From: Dehalococcoidia bacterium
GTDB taxonomy: Bacteria; Chloroflexota; Dehalococcoidia; DSTF01; JACRBR01
NCBI GenBank assembly: GCA_041494685.1
Contig: JBGQBE010000002.1
Coordinates: 124,001 to 188,000 of the forward strand
Direction: 5' to 3'
DNA length: 64,000 bases
Every line of letters starts with the position of its first letter. Position 1 is the first letter of the stretch. The translations under genes were made by a program, and so were the position numbers. Below, piece after piece: positions 32,499 to 43,712 of this stretch. The notes under the pieces were generated by a model that saw nothing but the letters and a program-made list of their open reading frames with translations, was not told the DNA's origin and ran no database searches.

Positions 32499-32901
32499 GC
32501 GAGGCAGTCGCCCCGCGAGGTGGAGCTGAAAGGGCTGGCGGGTGCGCACACCATCCGCGCCGTGCGCTGGACGCCGTGACGCGCCCCCAAGAACCTTGAT
32601 GCTGCGGCCCTGCGCCCGCTCCTCCGCATGTGACACCCCCCGCTGGGACATCCGCGCCGCGATCCCCTACCATCGCCCCGCGGACGGTCGCGCCCATCGC
32701 CCACGCGGCCGCCCGCAAGGAGCCGAACATGCCCCACGCGAAGACAGACGGCAACACGCATCAATCAGCCACGCCCCCGCCCGTAGATTCGACATCAATC
32801 AGAAACGTGCGAAATCCCGGAAAAACAACACATCAACCAGTGCCCGCTATACCTCCCGCCCCACCCGATCTACGCTGTTCCGCACAGGAGGTGCACCACC
32901 C

Positions 32902-33819
32902 ATGACCAACGCATCATCGGCCCCGCGCGGCGCGGTTCTCATCACCGGCGCGTCCACCGGCATCGGCGAGGCCTGCGCCATGCGCCTCGACCAGATGGGC
33001 TTCGAGGTGTTCGCCGGCGTCCGCAAGGACAGCGACGCGGAGCGCCTGCGCGCCAAGGCCTCGCCGCGCCTCACCCCCGTCCGCATCGATGTCACCGACG
33101 CCGCCACCATCGCCGCCGCGCACGCCACCGTCGCCGCCGCGGTCGGCGCGCGCGGGCTCGCGGGCGTCGTCAACAACGCCGGCATCGCCGTCGCCGGGCC
33201 ACTGGAGTTCCTGCCCCTCGACGACCTGCGCCACCAGCTCGAGGTGAACGTCACCGGGCAGGTGGCCATCACGCAGGCGTTCCTCGCGTTCGTTCGGCAG
33301 GGGCGCGGTCGCATCGTCAACATCGGCAGCGTCAGCGGCCGTCTGTCCACGCCATTCGTGGGCCCGTACTCGGCGTCAAAGTTCGCCATGGAAGCGATCA
33401 CCGATGCGCTGCGCATCGAGCTGCGCCCGTGGGGCATCCACGTCGCCATCGTCGAGCCGGGCAGCATCGCCACGCCGATCTGGGACAAGTCCGAGGAGAC
33501 AGCCGACAAGGTCGAGCGCGAGCTGCCGCCGGAGGGCCGCCGCCTCTACGGCGCGGTGATCCCGGCCCTCCGTGCGTTCGCGGCCGATGCGGCGAAGCGC
33601 GGCATCCCGCCGGACGCCGTCGCGAAGGCCGTCGCGCACGCGCTGACGGCGAAGCGCCCGAGGACGCGCTACCTCGTCGGCACCGACGCGCGCATCCAGG
33701 CGCTGCTGGCGCGGCTGGTGCCCGACCGCGTGCGGGACGGCCTCATCGAGCGCCAGCTCAAGCTGCCGCGCACCGCGCCTGCGGCGACACGAAAGGAGGA
33801 GGCGACGCATGCCCGCTGA
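32902..33819 (+). CDS. SDR family oxidoreductase (retinol/17-beta-HSD-like)
   Basis: TGASTGIG, NNAG, YSASK. RBS AGGAGGT. Confidence 0.93.
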   Translation: MTNASSAPRGAVLITGASTGIGEACAMRLDQMGFEVFAGVRKDSDAERLRAKASPRLTPVRIDVTDAATIAAAHATVAAAVGARGLAGVVNNAGIAVAGPLEFLPLDDLRHQLEVNVTGQVAITQAFLAFVRQGRGRIVNIGSVSGRLSTPFVGPYSASKFAMEAITDALRIELRPWGIHVAIVEPGSIATPIWDKSEETADKVERELPPEGRRLYGAVIPALRAFAADAAKRGIPPDAVAKAVAHALTAKRPRTRYLVGTDARIQALLARLVPDRVRDGLIERQLKLPRTAPAATRKEEATHAR

Positions 33820-34432
33820 CGTGATCAAGGTGGGGCCGCTGGGCCCGTACGCCAACAACGCCTACGTCATCGTGGACCGCGCGACGAAGCGATCGATCGT
33901 CGTCGACGCGCCGTACGACAGCGCGAAGACCATCGAGGCGGCGCGCGGTACCGACGTGCAGATGATCGTCGTCACGCACCGCCACGGCGATCACTGGGCC
34001 GAGATCGATCTCGCGAAGGAAGCCCTCGGCGCGCCGATCTGGTGCCACGAGGACGACCGCGCGCCGTACGCCAAGCACGTGTTCGACACGCTGGCCGACG
34101 GCGCGGAGATCGTGCTGGGTGAGTCGAAGGTGCGGGTGATCCACACGCCGGGCCACACACCCGGCAGCATCTGCCTGCTCGTCGACGGCGTCCTGATCTC
34201 CGGCGACACGCTGTTTCCCGGCGGCCCCGGCCGCTCGGACTCGCCCGCCGACCTGCGGCAGATGGTCGATTCGATCGCCTCGCGGCTGCTGCCGCTGCCC
34301 GGTGACACAGCCGTCTACCCCGGCCACGGAGACAACACCACGATCACCGCATCGAAGCGCGAGCACGCGGTCTTCGCGTCGAAGCCGCACGCCGCGGACC
34401 TGCACGGCGACGTCACCTGGGAAGGGTCATAG
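33809..34432 (+). CDS. MBL-fold metallo-hydrolase (glyoxalase II-like)
   Basis: THRHGDH, HTPGHTPG, SGDTLF, YPGHG. Confidence 0.92.
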   Translation: MPADVIKVGPLGPYANNAYVIVDRATKRSIVVDAPYDSAKTIEAARGTDVQMIVVTHRHGDHWAEIDLAKEALGAPIWCHEDDRAPYAKHVFDTLADGAEIVLGESKVRVIHTPGHTPGSICLLVDGVLISGDTLFPGGPGRSDSPADLRQMVDSIASRLLPLPGDTAVYPGHGDNTTITASKREHAVFASKPHAADLHGDVTWEGS

Positions 34433-34951
34433 GGGACAGAGGACTCGCGTGCGATTCCAGTCTCCTTCGAGGCAGGTGTGGAAGACGTCGGGCAGCACCT
34501 TCAGTACGGGCTGGCCGGTGTCCAGCAGCACACTCGCAAATTGGGAGTCGTTGATGCGCCGGTCCATGTCGTAGCGCGGGTACGTCACGAAGAGGATGAG
34601 CAACACCTCCAGGATCACGTACGCCTTCGCCGCGCCCAGCACAGCGCCCAGCAGTTGATCGATGATCCCGAGCTGCAGGATCGTCACCGCGGGGTGGATC
34701 AGCGCCGCCAGCACCTGCCCCGCGACGGTCACCGCCACGAAGATCACCAGGAACCCCACCACGGCGGCAGTCGTCTGGTTATCGATGCTCGACAGCAGCG
34801 AGTCCGCGACATCCCGGTAGAACAGCCCCGCCAGCACGGCGCCCAGGATCGCCGACGTCATGCCGATGATCTCACGAATAAAGCCCGCGTTGAACGCGGT
34901 GATGATAAAATACAGGAACACGATGACAATCGCGGCGTCCATCCACGTCAT
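34427..34951 (-). CDS. CvpA (colicin V production) family membrane protein
   Basis: WMDAAIV...GFIRE and [16 protein letters not shown] overlap with lon. Confidence 0.85.
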   Translation of the reverse strand: MTWMDAAIVIVFLYFIITAFNAGFIREIIGMTSAILGAVLAGLFYRDVADSLLSSIDNQTTAAVVGFLVIFVAVTVAGQVLAALIHPAVTILQLGIIDQLLGAVLGAAKAYVILEVLLILFVTYPRYDMDRRINDSQFASVLLDTGQPVLKVLPDVFHTCLEGDWNRTRVLCPL

Positions 34952-37296
34952 GCGTCGATAGTCCTCTCGTTCAGCGCGGCACGCAGCACATCGGCCATGT
35001 CGCCCGCGAACACGAATCGCAACTCCTTGAGCACGGCCGGCGGCACGTCGCTCAGGTCCTTCTCGTTCCGCTTGGGCAGCACGAACGTCTTGATGCCCGC
35101 GCGGTGCGCCGCCAGGATCTTCTCCTTCAACCCGCCGACCGGCAGTACGCGGCCGCGCAGGGTGATCTCGCCCGTCATCGCCACCTGCCGGCTGATCGGC
35201 CGCCGCGTGAGCGCCGAGATCAGCGCCGTGGCGATCGTGATGCCCGCCGACGGCCCCTCTTTCGGCACCGCGCCCGCGGGCACGTGCACGTGGATGTCGT
35301 TCTTCTCGAACACCTCCAGCGGGATGTGCAGCTCCTCCGAGCGCGAGCGCGCGTACGACAGCGCTGCCTGCGCCGACTCCCGCATCACCTCGCCCAGCTG
35401 GCCCGTCAGCGTCAGCCCGCCCTTGCCCGGCATCAGCGTCACCTCGACGCCCAGCACGTCGCCGCCCAGCTCCGTCCGCGCGACGCCCGTGGCCACACCC
35501 ACCTGATCCGTCTCTTCCGCCGCGCCCCAGAAGAACTTCTCCGCGCCCAGGTACTTCTCGATGTTCTGCGCCGTCACGTGCACCACCGACGTGTCCAGCT
35601 CTGCGAAGCGGCGCGCCACCTTGCGGCAGATGCCGCCGATCTCGCGCTCCAGGTTGCGCACGCCGGCCTCGTGCGTGTAACCGCGCACGATCTTCTTCAG
35701 TGCGCCCGCCGTGAACGTCAGCTGCAGCCGCGAGAGCCCATGCTCCTCAAGCTGCTTCGGTACCAGGAACTGCTGCGCGATCCGCAGCTTCTCGTCTTCG
35801 ATGTATCCCGGCAGCTCGATCACCTCCATGCGGTCGCGCAGCGCCGGGATGATCGGGTCCATGATGTTCGCCGTGGCGATGAACAGCACGTGCGAGAGGT
35901 CGTACTCCACGTCCAGGTAATGGTCGGAGAACGCCACGTTCTGCTCCGGGTCCAGCACCTCCAGCAGCGCCGACGACGGGTCGCCGCGGAAGTCCGCGCC
36001 CACCTTGTCCACCTCGTCGAGCATGAAGACCGGGTTCACGGTGCCCGCCTGCCGCATCGCGTGGATGATCCGCCCGGGCAGCGCCCCCACGTACGTGCGC
36101 CGGTGGCCGCGGATCTCCGCTTCGTCGCGGATGCCGCCCAGGCTTACGCGCACGAACTTGCGCCCCAGCGCCTCCGCGATCGATCGCCCCAGGCTGGTCT
36201 TGCCCACGCCGGGCGGCCCCACCAGGCAGAGGATCGGGCTGCGCTGCTTCTCCTTCGCGAGCTGGCGCACCGCCATGTAATCCAAGATGCGCTCCTTCAC
36301 CTTCGGCAGCCCGTAGTGGTGGCGGTCCAGCACGCGCGCCGCGTCGCGCAGGTCCAGGCGGTCGGTCGTGATCTTCGTCCACGGCACCGTCACGAGCCAC
36401 TCCAGATAGCCGCGGATGATCCCGACCTCGGGCGACGACGACGGGATCTGCTCCATCCTCCGCAGCTCGTCTTCCGCCTTCTTCGCCGCCGCCTCCGGCA
36501 TACCTGCCGCCGCGATGCGCTCGCGCATGTCGTAGGCGTCGCGCGTCGCCGGGTCCGTCTCCCCCAGCTCGCGCTGCATCGCCTTGATCTGCTCACGCAG
36601 GAAGTACTCGCGCTGCGACTTGTCCAACTCCTCCTGCACGCGAGAGTGGATCTTCGTCTGCAGCTCCAGCACGTCCAGCTCGCGCGCCAGGTGGATGCTC
36701 AGCTTCTCCAGTCGCTCGCGGATCTCCACCGTGTTTAGCAGGTCCACGCATTCGTCGTCGTCCAGGTTCAGGCACGAGCCGACGTAGTCCGCCAGCCAGC
36801 CAGCGTCCTCAATATTCATCGCCATCACGTAGGCGTCGTCCGGGATGCTGGGCGCCAGGTGCGCGACTTTCTCGAACAGCGCCAGCACGGCGCGCCGCAG
36901 CGCCTCCGTCTGCAGGGTGCGGTCCACCGGGTCCTCGATCACCTCCACCCGCACGCGGTAGTACGGCTCCGCCTGCACGATGCCCAGCACGCGCAGCCGC
37001 CGCATCCCCTGTACCCACACCTGCGTGGTACCGTCCGGCAGGCGCAGCGCGCGGCCGATCGTGGCCTCGGTGGCGATGGGATAGATATCCGAGAGGGTGA
37101 CCTCGCTCAGCGAGGGGTCGCGCTGCGTGACGACGGCCACGATGTCGTCGCCGGCGGTGGCTTCGTCGATGGCGCGGAGGGTGGTGCGGCGGCCCACCAG
37201 GATGGGGCCGGCGACGTTAGGAAAGAGGATGCCGCGCCGCCGCGGCAGCAGTGGCAGTTCAAGCGTGGCGTCCTTGCGCCGCTTTGGACGGGGCAC
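34948..37296 (-). CDS. lon: Endopeptidase La (Lon)
   Basis: [43 protein letters not shown] start with RBS AGGAGGT. Confidence 0.97.
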   Translation of the reverse strand: MPRPKRRKDATLELPLLPRRRGILFPNVAGPILVGRRTTLRAIDEATAGDDIVAVVTQRDPSLSEVTLSDIYPIATEATIGRALRLPDGTTQVWVQGMRRLRVLGIVQAEPYYRVRVEVIEDPVDRTLQTEALRRAVLALFEKVAHLAPSIPDDAYVMAMNIEDAGWLADYVGSCLNLDDDECVDLLNTVEIRERLEKLSIHLARELDVLELQTKIHSRVQEELDKSQREYFLREQIKAMQRELGETDPATRDAYDMRERIAAAGMPEAAAKKAEDELRRMEQIPSSSPEVGIIRGYLEWLVTVPWTKITTDRLDLRDAARVLDRHHYGLPKVKERILDYMAVRQLAKEKQRSPILCLVGPPGVGKTSLGRSIAEALGRKFVRVSLGGIRDEAEIRGHRRTYVGALPGRIIHAMRQAGTVNPVFMLDEVDKVGADFRGDPSSALLEVLDPEQNVAFSDHYLDVEYDLSHVLFIATANIMDPIIPALRDRMEVIELPGYIEDEKLRIAQQFLVPKQLEEHGLSRLQLTFTAGALKKIVRGYTHEAGVRNLEREIGGICRKVARRFAELDTSVVHVTAQNIEKYLGAEKFFWGAAEETDQVGVATGVARTELGGDVLGVEVTLMPGKGGLTLTGQLGEVMRESAQAALSYARSRSEELHIPLEVFEKNDIHVHVPAGAVPKEGPSAGITIATALISALTRRPISRQVAMTGEITLRGRVLPVGGLKEKILAAHRAGIKTFVLPKRNEKDLSDVPPAVLKELRFVFAGDMADVLRAALNERTIDA

Positions 37297-37749
37297 GATA
37301 CCTCCTGACCCCGAACGGGCCCGCTCCTGGCGGGCCGCCGGTACCGTGGTGCGCCTCACACACAGTATCGGCAGGCCAAGTCTAGCATGGCGCGAGCCCG
37401 AAACTAGCTTCACTTATGGCGATTCGATCAGCGGATCGATCAGATCGCCACCCACGCACGCAACTCCGAGCATTGTGTCTGTCGTCAGCCAATCTGTAGA
37501 GCATGTTTCAGTGGAGCATCGGTCGCTCAGGGCGGTCATTGATCTTCATATACTGATCGCGATCCGAGTGATCGAGTAAAATCGATACGGTGGCAAATAA
37601 GTATAGGCTACGCGGATGAACCCCGCGCTGGGTGTCTGCCCGCAACGAGGCCATCGTTGTGACCGCCAACCACGACGATAGGTGAGTCGGGTTTGGCAGT
37701 CGCGCCGGGCGGGAGCCGGTAAGTTGTTGCCGCTGAAAGGATGTGTCCG

Positions 37750-38070
37750 ATGGCAGATGCTTACGCGATCATCAAGCAGGCGATCCAGACGCGCAGTTCT
37801 GTGTCGGCCATATACAGCGGGCGTTACCGCGAAATGACACCCCACGTTCTCGGATCGAAGAACGGTCGGCGGCAGGCATTGTGTTACCAGTACGCAGGTG
37901 AGAGCACGTCGGGGCCGCTCGGTCCCGTTGGTTCACCGGAGAATTGGCGATGCGTCAATGTCGAGAAGCTGTCCGACGTAAGGCTCATCAGTGGCGTCTT
38001 CCATACAGCGCCAGACCACACGCGCCCGCAGACCTGCGTCGACGAGATTGATGCCGTCGTGTTGTACTAG
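37750..38070 (+). CDS. Small stand-alone WYL-like domain protein
   Basis: AI...Y..RYREMTPHVLG...LCYQY...WRCVNVEKLSDV resembles the WYL SH3-like fold pattern. Confidence 0.55.
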   Translation: MADAYAIIKQAIQTRSSVSAIYSGRYREMTPHVLGSKNGRRQALCYQYAGESTSGPLGPVGSPENWRCVNVEKLSDVRLISGVFHTAPDHTRPQTCVDEIDAVVLY

Positions 38071-38255
38071 CGCGCGTCGTTCTTGAACTTCGCGTACTCC
38101 TCGGCACGTGCCTTCGCATCGGGCCCCGAGAAGATGGCTACGTATACCTGACCCTCTACCTCGTGGTCGGTCGCCTCAACGCGGTACTCGCTATCGTCGA
38201 CGGCTGTCAATGCGCGGGCAACTTCGTATTGCAGGCGTGTCTTGGTACCAGGCAT
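38067..38255 (-). CDS. Small hypothetical protein
   Basis: 62 aa with a strong RBS AAGGAGG; YRVEA...YVAIFSGPDAKARAEEYA. Confidence 0.65.
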   Translation of the reverse strand: MPGTKTRLQYEVARALTAVDDSEYRVEATDHEVEGQVYVAIFSGPDAKARAEEYAKFKNDAR

Positions 38256-38463
38256 GTGTTCCTCCTTCAATGACTATCGATCCTACAAGGCTGGCGACGA
38301 TCTTAGCACGGACAGGCGCACAACTCCCCGCCCACGCTGACACCCCACGCTAGGAGATCGCGCGGGGCGCTGCTAGCGTGCTGCCTGGCGCAGCAGCGCC
38401 GAGCGAACGGTAGTGGGTCAGTTTGAGGGTTGACGGCTCGGGCGTCGCGGGTGACAATGGATC

Positions 38464-38700
38464 ATGCAAGATCGCTCAAGCAAACGGCGGCGAGATCTGA
38501 ACGGGATGGACGCGTCTATTGTAGGCGAGGCGACGGGCGAAGCGCCGCCTGAGGAACGGTCGAACAAGAACCCTGCTGCCGTCGCACTAGGGCGACTCGG
38601 CGGGCAGAAGGGCGGCAAGGCAAGAGCTATGAAGTTGAGCGCGAAGCGCCGATCCGAGATCGCGAAGAAGGCTGCGCTCACACGTTGGGCGAAGCGGTGA
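38464..38700 (+). CDS. Small basic KGG-motif protein (often auto-annotated 'histone H1'; commonly near mobile elements)
   Basis: KNPAAVALGRLGGQKGGKARAMKLSAKRRSEIAKKAALTRW. Confidence 0.75.
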   Translation: MQDRSSKRRRDLNGMDASIVGEATGEAPPEERSNKNPAAVALGRLGGQKGGKARAMKLSAKRRSEIAKKAALTRWAKR

Positions 38701-39584
38701 GCCCGGCTCACACCGCCGACGAAGTCGTACAGGCGCGACTAGACGACTTGCTCGGGGAGGTTGCCACAGCATTTGGCGGAGACGCTCTTGTGTGGTGGGG
38801 ACCGATCATTGACGGTGTTGACGCAGCGGTGAGGCGAGTCGTGGAGACACGGCGCAAGACCGACAACAGTAAGATCCTCACGATCCTGTTGACCACTAAT
38901 GGCGGACTCGTCGAGGTTGTGCATCGCGTTGTGGATACCGTGCGCCACCACTATGACGTGGTGAATTTCGTGATCCCCGACTCCGCCTATTCCGCTGGCA
39001 CGGTACTGGCAATGTCCGGCGATGCGATCTTCATGGACTACTATTCCCGTCTTGGCCCGATTGATCCCCAGTTGCCTAAGGGAGAGCGACTAGTGCCAGC
39101 TCTGGGGTATGTCGAACGCTATACCGACCTCATTAAGAAGGCCGCCAAGACGCCTTTGAACGACGCCGAGTTCGCCGTTCTGGTCGGCGGGTTCGACCAG
39201 GCAGAGCTATATTAGTATGAGCAAGCCAGAGAATTGTCGATATCACTCCTCCAGGACTGGCTTGTGCAGTACAAGTTCAAGGATTGGACTACGACGCGAA
39301 CGCGCGGCATTCCGGTAACTCTGGCGCAAAAGAAGAAGCGCGCTAAGCAGATTGCCAGTTCCCTGAGCAATACGCGGCGGTGGCACAGCCATGGACTCGG
39401 GATCTCGGCTGAAACGCTGCGCAATGAGTTGAACCTCGTGATAGACGACCTGGATGCCGATCCTAAGCAAAGCGAGACCGTCCAGAGCTATCACGGGCTG
39501 CTACAGAACTACATGATCCAGGCAGGCCAAGTTGGCGTAGTCCATATGCGCGGCCTGTATACCGCTTATCACATCCACGGTTGA
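38697..39584 (+). pseudogene. SDH-family Clp-fold serine protease interrupted by an in-frame TAG at 39213-39215
   Basis: LTTNGG, AYSAGTVLAMSGD, LGPIDPQ, WHSHG. Both ORF halves are in the same frame (ELY*YEQAREL). GTGA overlap with the upstream gene. Confidence 0.85.
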
Positions 39585-39604
39585 TCTGAATAGGAGGACG
39601 CGGC

Positions 39605-39808
39605 ATGACTGACCAACAGACACCTGGCGACCTCTCAGTTGAGGTTCCTGAACACCTACTCAACCGGGTTCGGGTGATTCAAGAGCGGCTTGATCGCCTT
39701 GGGGTGAAACGTCCGGGTTATCAAGCGAACACGCATGGTCGGATCCGCGTTGGGCCGAAATCGGACTCCGCCGACCCACACACATTCCACTTAGCGCCAA
39801 GACCATAA
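39605..39808 (+). CDS. Small hypothetical protein
   Basis: 67 aa with RBS AGGAGG, directly after the protease gene. Confidence 0.55.
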   Translation: MTDQQTPGDLSVEVPEHLLNRVRVIQERLDRLGVKRPGYQANTHGRIRVGPKSDSADPHTFHLAPRP

Positions 39809-40029
39809 GCTCGCCGAACTTGACACTTTAGGCCGCCCGACACCGACACGCCACGCCGGGAGATCGCCCAACCCGCTGCTACCGTGCTGGCTGACGCACC
39901 AGCGCCGCGCCCACACGCGACGCCAACCAGCGGCCCGCGCCGCGCAAACGGCGAAAAGTGCCGAGCAAACTGCCGGAAAAACACCGAGAATTGCAGAACG
40001 AAGTCGGGACAGGCTTCGCCCCCGCGACG

Positions 40030-41268
40030 CTACCCGCGCCAGCGGCGGAAGATCAGCGTGGCGTTCTGGCCGCCCATGCCGAAGCTGTTGCTCAGCACGA
40101 TGTCCACCTGCGCCGCGCGCGCCTTGTTCGGCACGTAGTCCAGGTCGCACTCCGGGTCCGGCGTCTCCAGGTTGATCGTCGGCGGGATCATGTTGTCACG
40201 GATCGCCAGCACGCTCGCCACCGCCTCCAGCCCGCCCGCCGCCGCCGCCGAGTGCCCCGTCATCGACTTGATGCTGCTCATCGGCACACGGTACGCCGCC
40301 TCGCCGAACGCCAGCTTCGCCGCCGCCGTCTCCGTCTTGTCGTTGTACGGCGTGCCCGTGCCGTGCGCGTTCAGCCACGAGACCTCGCCCGGCGCGATGC
40401 CCGCCGACTTCAGCGCCCGGATCATCGCGAGCGACTGGCCTTCGGCGTCCGGCGCCGCGTCGTCCGCCGCGTCGAACGACCAGCCCTGGCCCGCGTACTC
40501 CGCCAGGATCGTCGCGCCGCGCGACTGCGCGTGCTCCAGCGACTCCATCACGACGATGCCCGCGCCCTCAGCCAGCACGAAGCCGTCGCGGTGCAGGTCG
40601 AACGGCCGCGACGCCTTCTCCGGCGTGTCGTTGTAGCCCTTGCTCAGCGCGCCCATCAGCCCCATCGTGGCCACGGCCACCGGCGTGATGATCGCCTCCG
40701 TGCCGCCGCCCAGCATGATGTCGGCCGCGCCGCAGCGGATCATGTTGTACGTCTGCCCCAGCGCGTCCGTCGCCGACGCGCAGGCGCTGTTGATCGACGA
40801 GTTCGGCCCGCGCAGCCCCAGCTCGCGCGCCACGCGCCCGGCCGACATGTGCGGCCCCCAGCGCGGGATGATCAGCGGATCCACGCGGTTCGGCCCGCGC
40901 TCGTCGATGATCGTCTCCTGGCGCCCCATCTCGAAGACGCCGCCGGTGCTGCCGAGGATCGCACCCATCTCCGTCGCCGTCTGCGCGTCCAGTTCCAGCT
41001 TCGCCGAGACCAGCGCCTCCCGCGCCGCCTTCAGCGCCAGCTGCGCGAAGCGGCCGGAGCGCCGCACCGCGCGGTGCTCCATCACCTCGCGCGGGTCGAA
41101 GCCCTTCACTTCGCCCGCCACGCGCACGGGGTGCCGCGACGCATCGAAGTGCGTGATCGGCCCGATGCCGCTCTTGCCCGCGAGCAGGCTCCGCCAGAAC
41201 GTCTCGGCGTCGTTGCCCACGGGCGTGACGGCGCCGATGCCGGTGATGACTACGCGTCGAAGTTCCAC
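40030..41268 (-). CDS. fabF: 3-oxoacyl-ACP synthase II
   Basis: VVITGIG, SACAS, NAHGTGT, KSMTGH, SNSFGMGGQN. Confidence 0.93.
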   Translation of the reverse strand: MELRRVVITGIGAVTPVGNDAETFWRSLLAGKSGIGPITHFDASRHPVRVAGEVKGFDPREVMEHRAVRRSGRFAQLALKAAREALVSAKLELDAQTATEMGAILGSTGGVFEMGRQETIIDERGPNRVDPLIIPRWGPHMSAGRVARELGLRGPNSSINSACASATDALGQTYNMIRCGAADIMLGGGTEAIITPVAVATMGLMGALSKGYNDTPEKASRPFDLHRDGFVLAEGAGIVVMESLEHAQSRGATILAEYAGQGWSFDAADDAAPDAEGQSLAMIRALKSAGIAPGEVSWLNAHGTGTPYNDKTETAAAKLAFGEAAYRVPMSSIKSMTGHSAAAAGGLEAVASVLAIRDNMIPPTINLETPDPECDLDYVPNKARAAQVDIVLSNSFGMGGQNATLIFRRWRG

Positions 41269-41376
41269 GGGGAGGCTGCTCCTGCGGCGGCCGGGCGCGG
41301 CCGGCGATCTGTCGGTCTACACCTTCTAGTGTATCGGTTGCTGGTCGCTGGTCGCTGGGGACTGGGGGGTAAGGCA

Positions 41377-41406
41377 AGAGAGGCCGCTCGGAAGAGCGGC
41401 CTCTCT
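41377..41406 (-). terminator. Terminator hairpin after the MCP gene
   Basis: 13-bp perfect stem AGAGAGGCCGCTC-ggaa-GAGCGGCCTCTCT. Confidence 0.7.
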
Positions 41407-41431
41407 CCACTTGTACTGGTTCCGTTCAGTC

Positions 41432-43558
41432 CTACGCGGCCTTGCGCTGCTCCGGCCGCAGTTGCACCGGCTGCTTGCCCGCTCCGTCCGTCGCCAGCTT
41501 GAACTCCGACACGCGGCCCAGCAGGTCGTCCGCGATGGCGCCCAGTGCGTGCGCCGCCGCCGTCACTTCCTCCACCTGCGCCGTCATCTCTTCGCTCGAC
41601 GCCGACACCTCCTCCGTCGCCGCAGAGTTCTCCTCCGCCACGCCGGCGATGTTCTCGATCGCTTCGCCCACGCCCCTGGCCGTGTTGCGCATCTGCGACG
41701 TCGCCGCAGCGTTCTGCTCCGCGACGCTCGCGATGCCACCGACGTTCTCCACCACGTTCTCGATGACGTCCCGCACTGTCGCGATCACCGTCACCATCTC
41801 GCCGCCAGCCGTCCGCAGGTCCTCAGACCCGCTCGCGATCAGCTGCATCTGCCCGTTCACGTCCTCCACCGCCTGCAGGATGCGGCCCAGCGCCGCCCCC
41901 GCCTCGCCGGCCACCTGGGCGCCGGATTCGGTCTCCGTCGCGCCCTCGGCCATCACCTTCACACTGCTCTCGACGCTGCGCTGGATGCCGTTGATCAGGC
42001 CACTGATCTCCTTGGTGGCTCCGGCCACCCGCTCGGCCAGCTTCCGCACTTCGTCCGCGACCACCGCGAAGCCGCGTCCCTGCTCGCCCGCCCGCGCCGC
42101 CTCGATGGCGGCGTTGAGCGCCAGCAGGTTGGTCTGCGCCGCGATGTCGTCGATGACGGCGACGATGTTGCCTATCTCCGCGCTCCGCTCGCCCAAACGT
42201 GCGATTTCGTCCGCCGCCTGGTCCACGGTGCCTTTGATCCGCGCCATCCCGTCGATCGTCTTCTGCACCATCTGCGCGCCATCCTGCGCCGTGTCCGAGG
42301 CAGCCTTCGCCCCCGTCGCCGCGTTCTGCGCGTTCGACGCCATCGTGTCGGCCGCCTTCGCCACCTTCGCCCTGGCCGTCTCCTCCAGCGAGCGCGCGGA
42401 GCTCTTCAGCTCATCGACGGAGGCGTTCACGTCCCGCACGCTGCGCGACGTCTGGTCCGTGCCTTCCGCCACCTGCGCGATGGCACTGTCCAGCTGGTTC
42501 ATCGACGCGCTCACGTCCTGCACGCTCTTCGCGGTCTGGTTCGTGCCTTCCGCGACCTGGTTCGACGTCTGCGCGATCTGCTGCGTCGCCTGCGCCGCCT
42601 GGTCCGCGCTCTGGCTCAGCTCACGCTGTGCCGTGTTCACCTGCTCCGCGCTGCTCTGGATCTGCCGCATCAGGTCGCTCAGCGAGTGCCGCGTCTGGTT
42701 ATAGTTGCCGATCGTCGCCACCATGTTGTCGATGATGTCGTTCGTGGCGATCGCCGCTGTGCCTACCTCATCATTCGGGTACGTGTCGATCTTCGCCGTC
42801 ACTGGCGTCACGTCGACCGTCAGGTTGCCCCCCGCGATCGCCTTCATGCCCGCGCTCAGGTCCGCGATGCAGTGCTCCTGCAGGCTCTTCAGCCGCTTCA
42901 CCAGTTCGCTCAGCGGCTTCGTGATCGACCGCGCCACGAAGAACGCCGTCCCGGCGGCGATCAGGCTGGCGATCACCGCAATGGCGATCATCAGCGTCGT
43001 CGCCGTGCTCGTCGTCGACTTCGCGGCGGCGTCCGACTGCTTCGCGACGGTCGCCGTCTCCTTGCTGAACTCGACGACCTTGTCGAAAGCGTCCTGGAAG
43101 TGCTGGCCGCCAGGGCCGTAGAGCGCGGCGGTGACCGCGCCGGCCTGATCACCCGCGTCGGCCTTCGCCAGCGGGCCCGCGTCGCGCGCCTTCGTCCAAT
43201 CGCCGATCGCCGTCTCGGCGGTCGTCAGCTGGTCCTTCTGCGTCGCGTTGAGATTCTCGCCTCGCAGCGTCTCCAGGTCCGCGGCCATCGCCGTGTCAAG
43301 CTCCTTGATCGTCGTGCCGAACTCGGCCCGCTTCTCCGCCGGCGCCGACACGTAGCTCAGGATAGCGATGCGCTGCTGGAGCATGTCGCGGCGCAGCGCA
43401 GCGGCCTTGTCCGTCTGCTCAACACTGTTGGTATACAGCCCGTCGGCCTTGCTGCCCACGCTCTTGATCTGCGTGATCGCGACCACCGATGCGATGATCA
43501 GCGCAAGCACCCCGATGCCGAACCCTGCGAATAGTTTCGTACGAACGCTGAGCGCCAT
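41432..43558 (-). CDS. Methyl-accepting chemotaxis protein (2 TM, 4HB-like sensor, HAMP, long signalling domain)
   Basis: [35 protein letters not shown] hairpin tip. Confidence 0.96.
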   Translation of the reverse strand: MALSVRTKLFAGFGIGVLALIIASVVAITQIKSVGSKADGLYTNSVEQTDKAAALRRDMLQQRIAILSYVSAPAEKRAEFGTTIKELDTAMAADLETLRGENLNATQKDQLTTAETAIGDWTKARDAGPLAKADAGDQAGAVTAALYGPGGQHFQDAFDKVVEFSKETATVAKQSDAAAKSTTSTATTLMIAIAVIASLIAAGTAFFVARSITKPLSELVKRLKSLQEHCIADLSAGMKAIAGGNLTVDVTPVTAKIDTYPNDEVGTAAIATNDIIDNMVATIGNYNQTRHSLSDLMRQIQSSAEQVNTAQRELSQSADQAAQATQQIAQTSNQVAEGTNQTAKSVQDVSASMNQLDSAIAQVAEGTDQTSRSVRDVNASVDELKSSARSLEETARAKVAKAADTMASNAQNAATGAKAASDTAQDGAQMVQKTIDGMARIKGTVDQAADEIARLGERSAEIGNIVAVIDDIAAQTNLLALNAAIEAARAGEQGRGFAVVADEVRKLAERVAGATKEISGLINGIQRSVESSVKVMAEGATETESGAQVAGEAGAALGRILQAVEDVNGQMQLIASGSEDLRTAGGEMVTVIATVRDVIENVVENVGGIASVAEQNAAATSQMRNTARGVGEAIENIAGVAEENSAATEEVSASSEEMTAQVEEVTAAAHALGAIADDLLGRVSEFKLATDGAGKQPVQLRPEQRKAA

Positions 43559-43712
43559 GTGCAGGTTCCCCCTCTGTCTGCTGAATCTCCCCTGGCCCGG
43601 TACACACCTCCGCCCACGGCGCGCACGCGGCTCATGAGGTGTATCGGTGCGGGAGATCTTCGGACTTCGAAGAGGCGCCTCACAGCGGCCTCACAGATTC
43701 GAGAAGCGCGTC

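Noticed and set aside
37365..37372. GCCGATAC sigma-28-like -10 upstream of lon
   Set aside because: No matching -35 element at the 15-bp spacing.
39213..39215. Pyrrolysine decoding of the in-frame TAG
   Set aside because: No pyl genes in the window, and the protein family is not a known Pyl user. A point mutation is simpler.
37400..39900. Prophage or IS call for the low-GC islet
   Set aside because: No integrase, transposase, terminal repeats or att/tRNA site visible.
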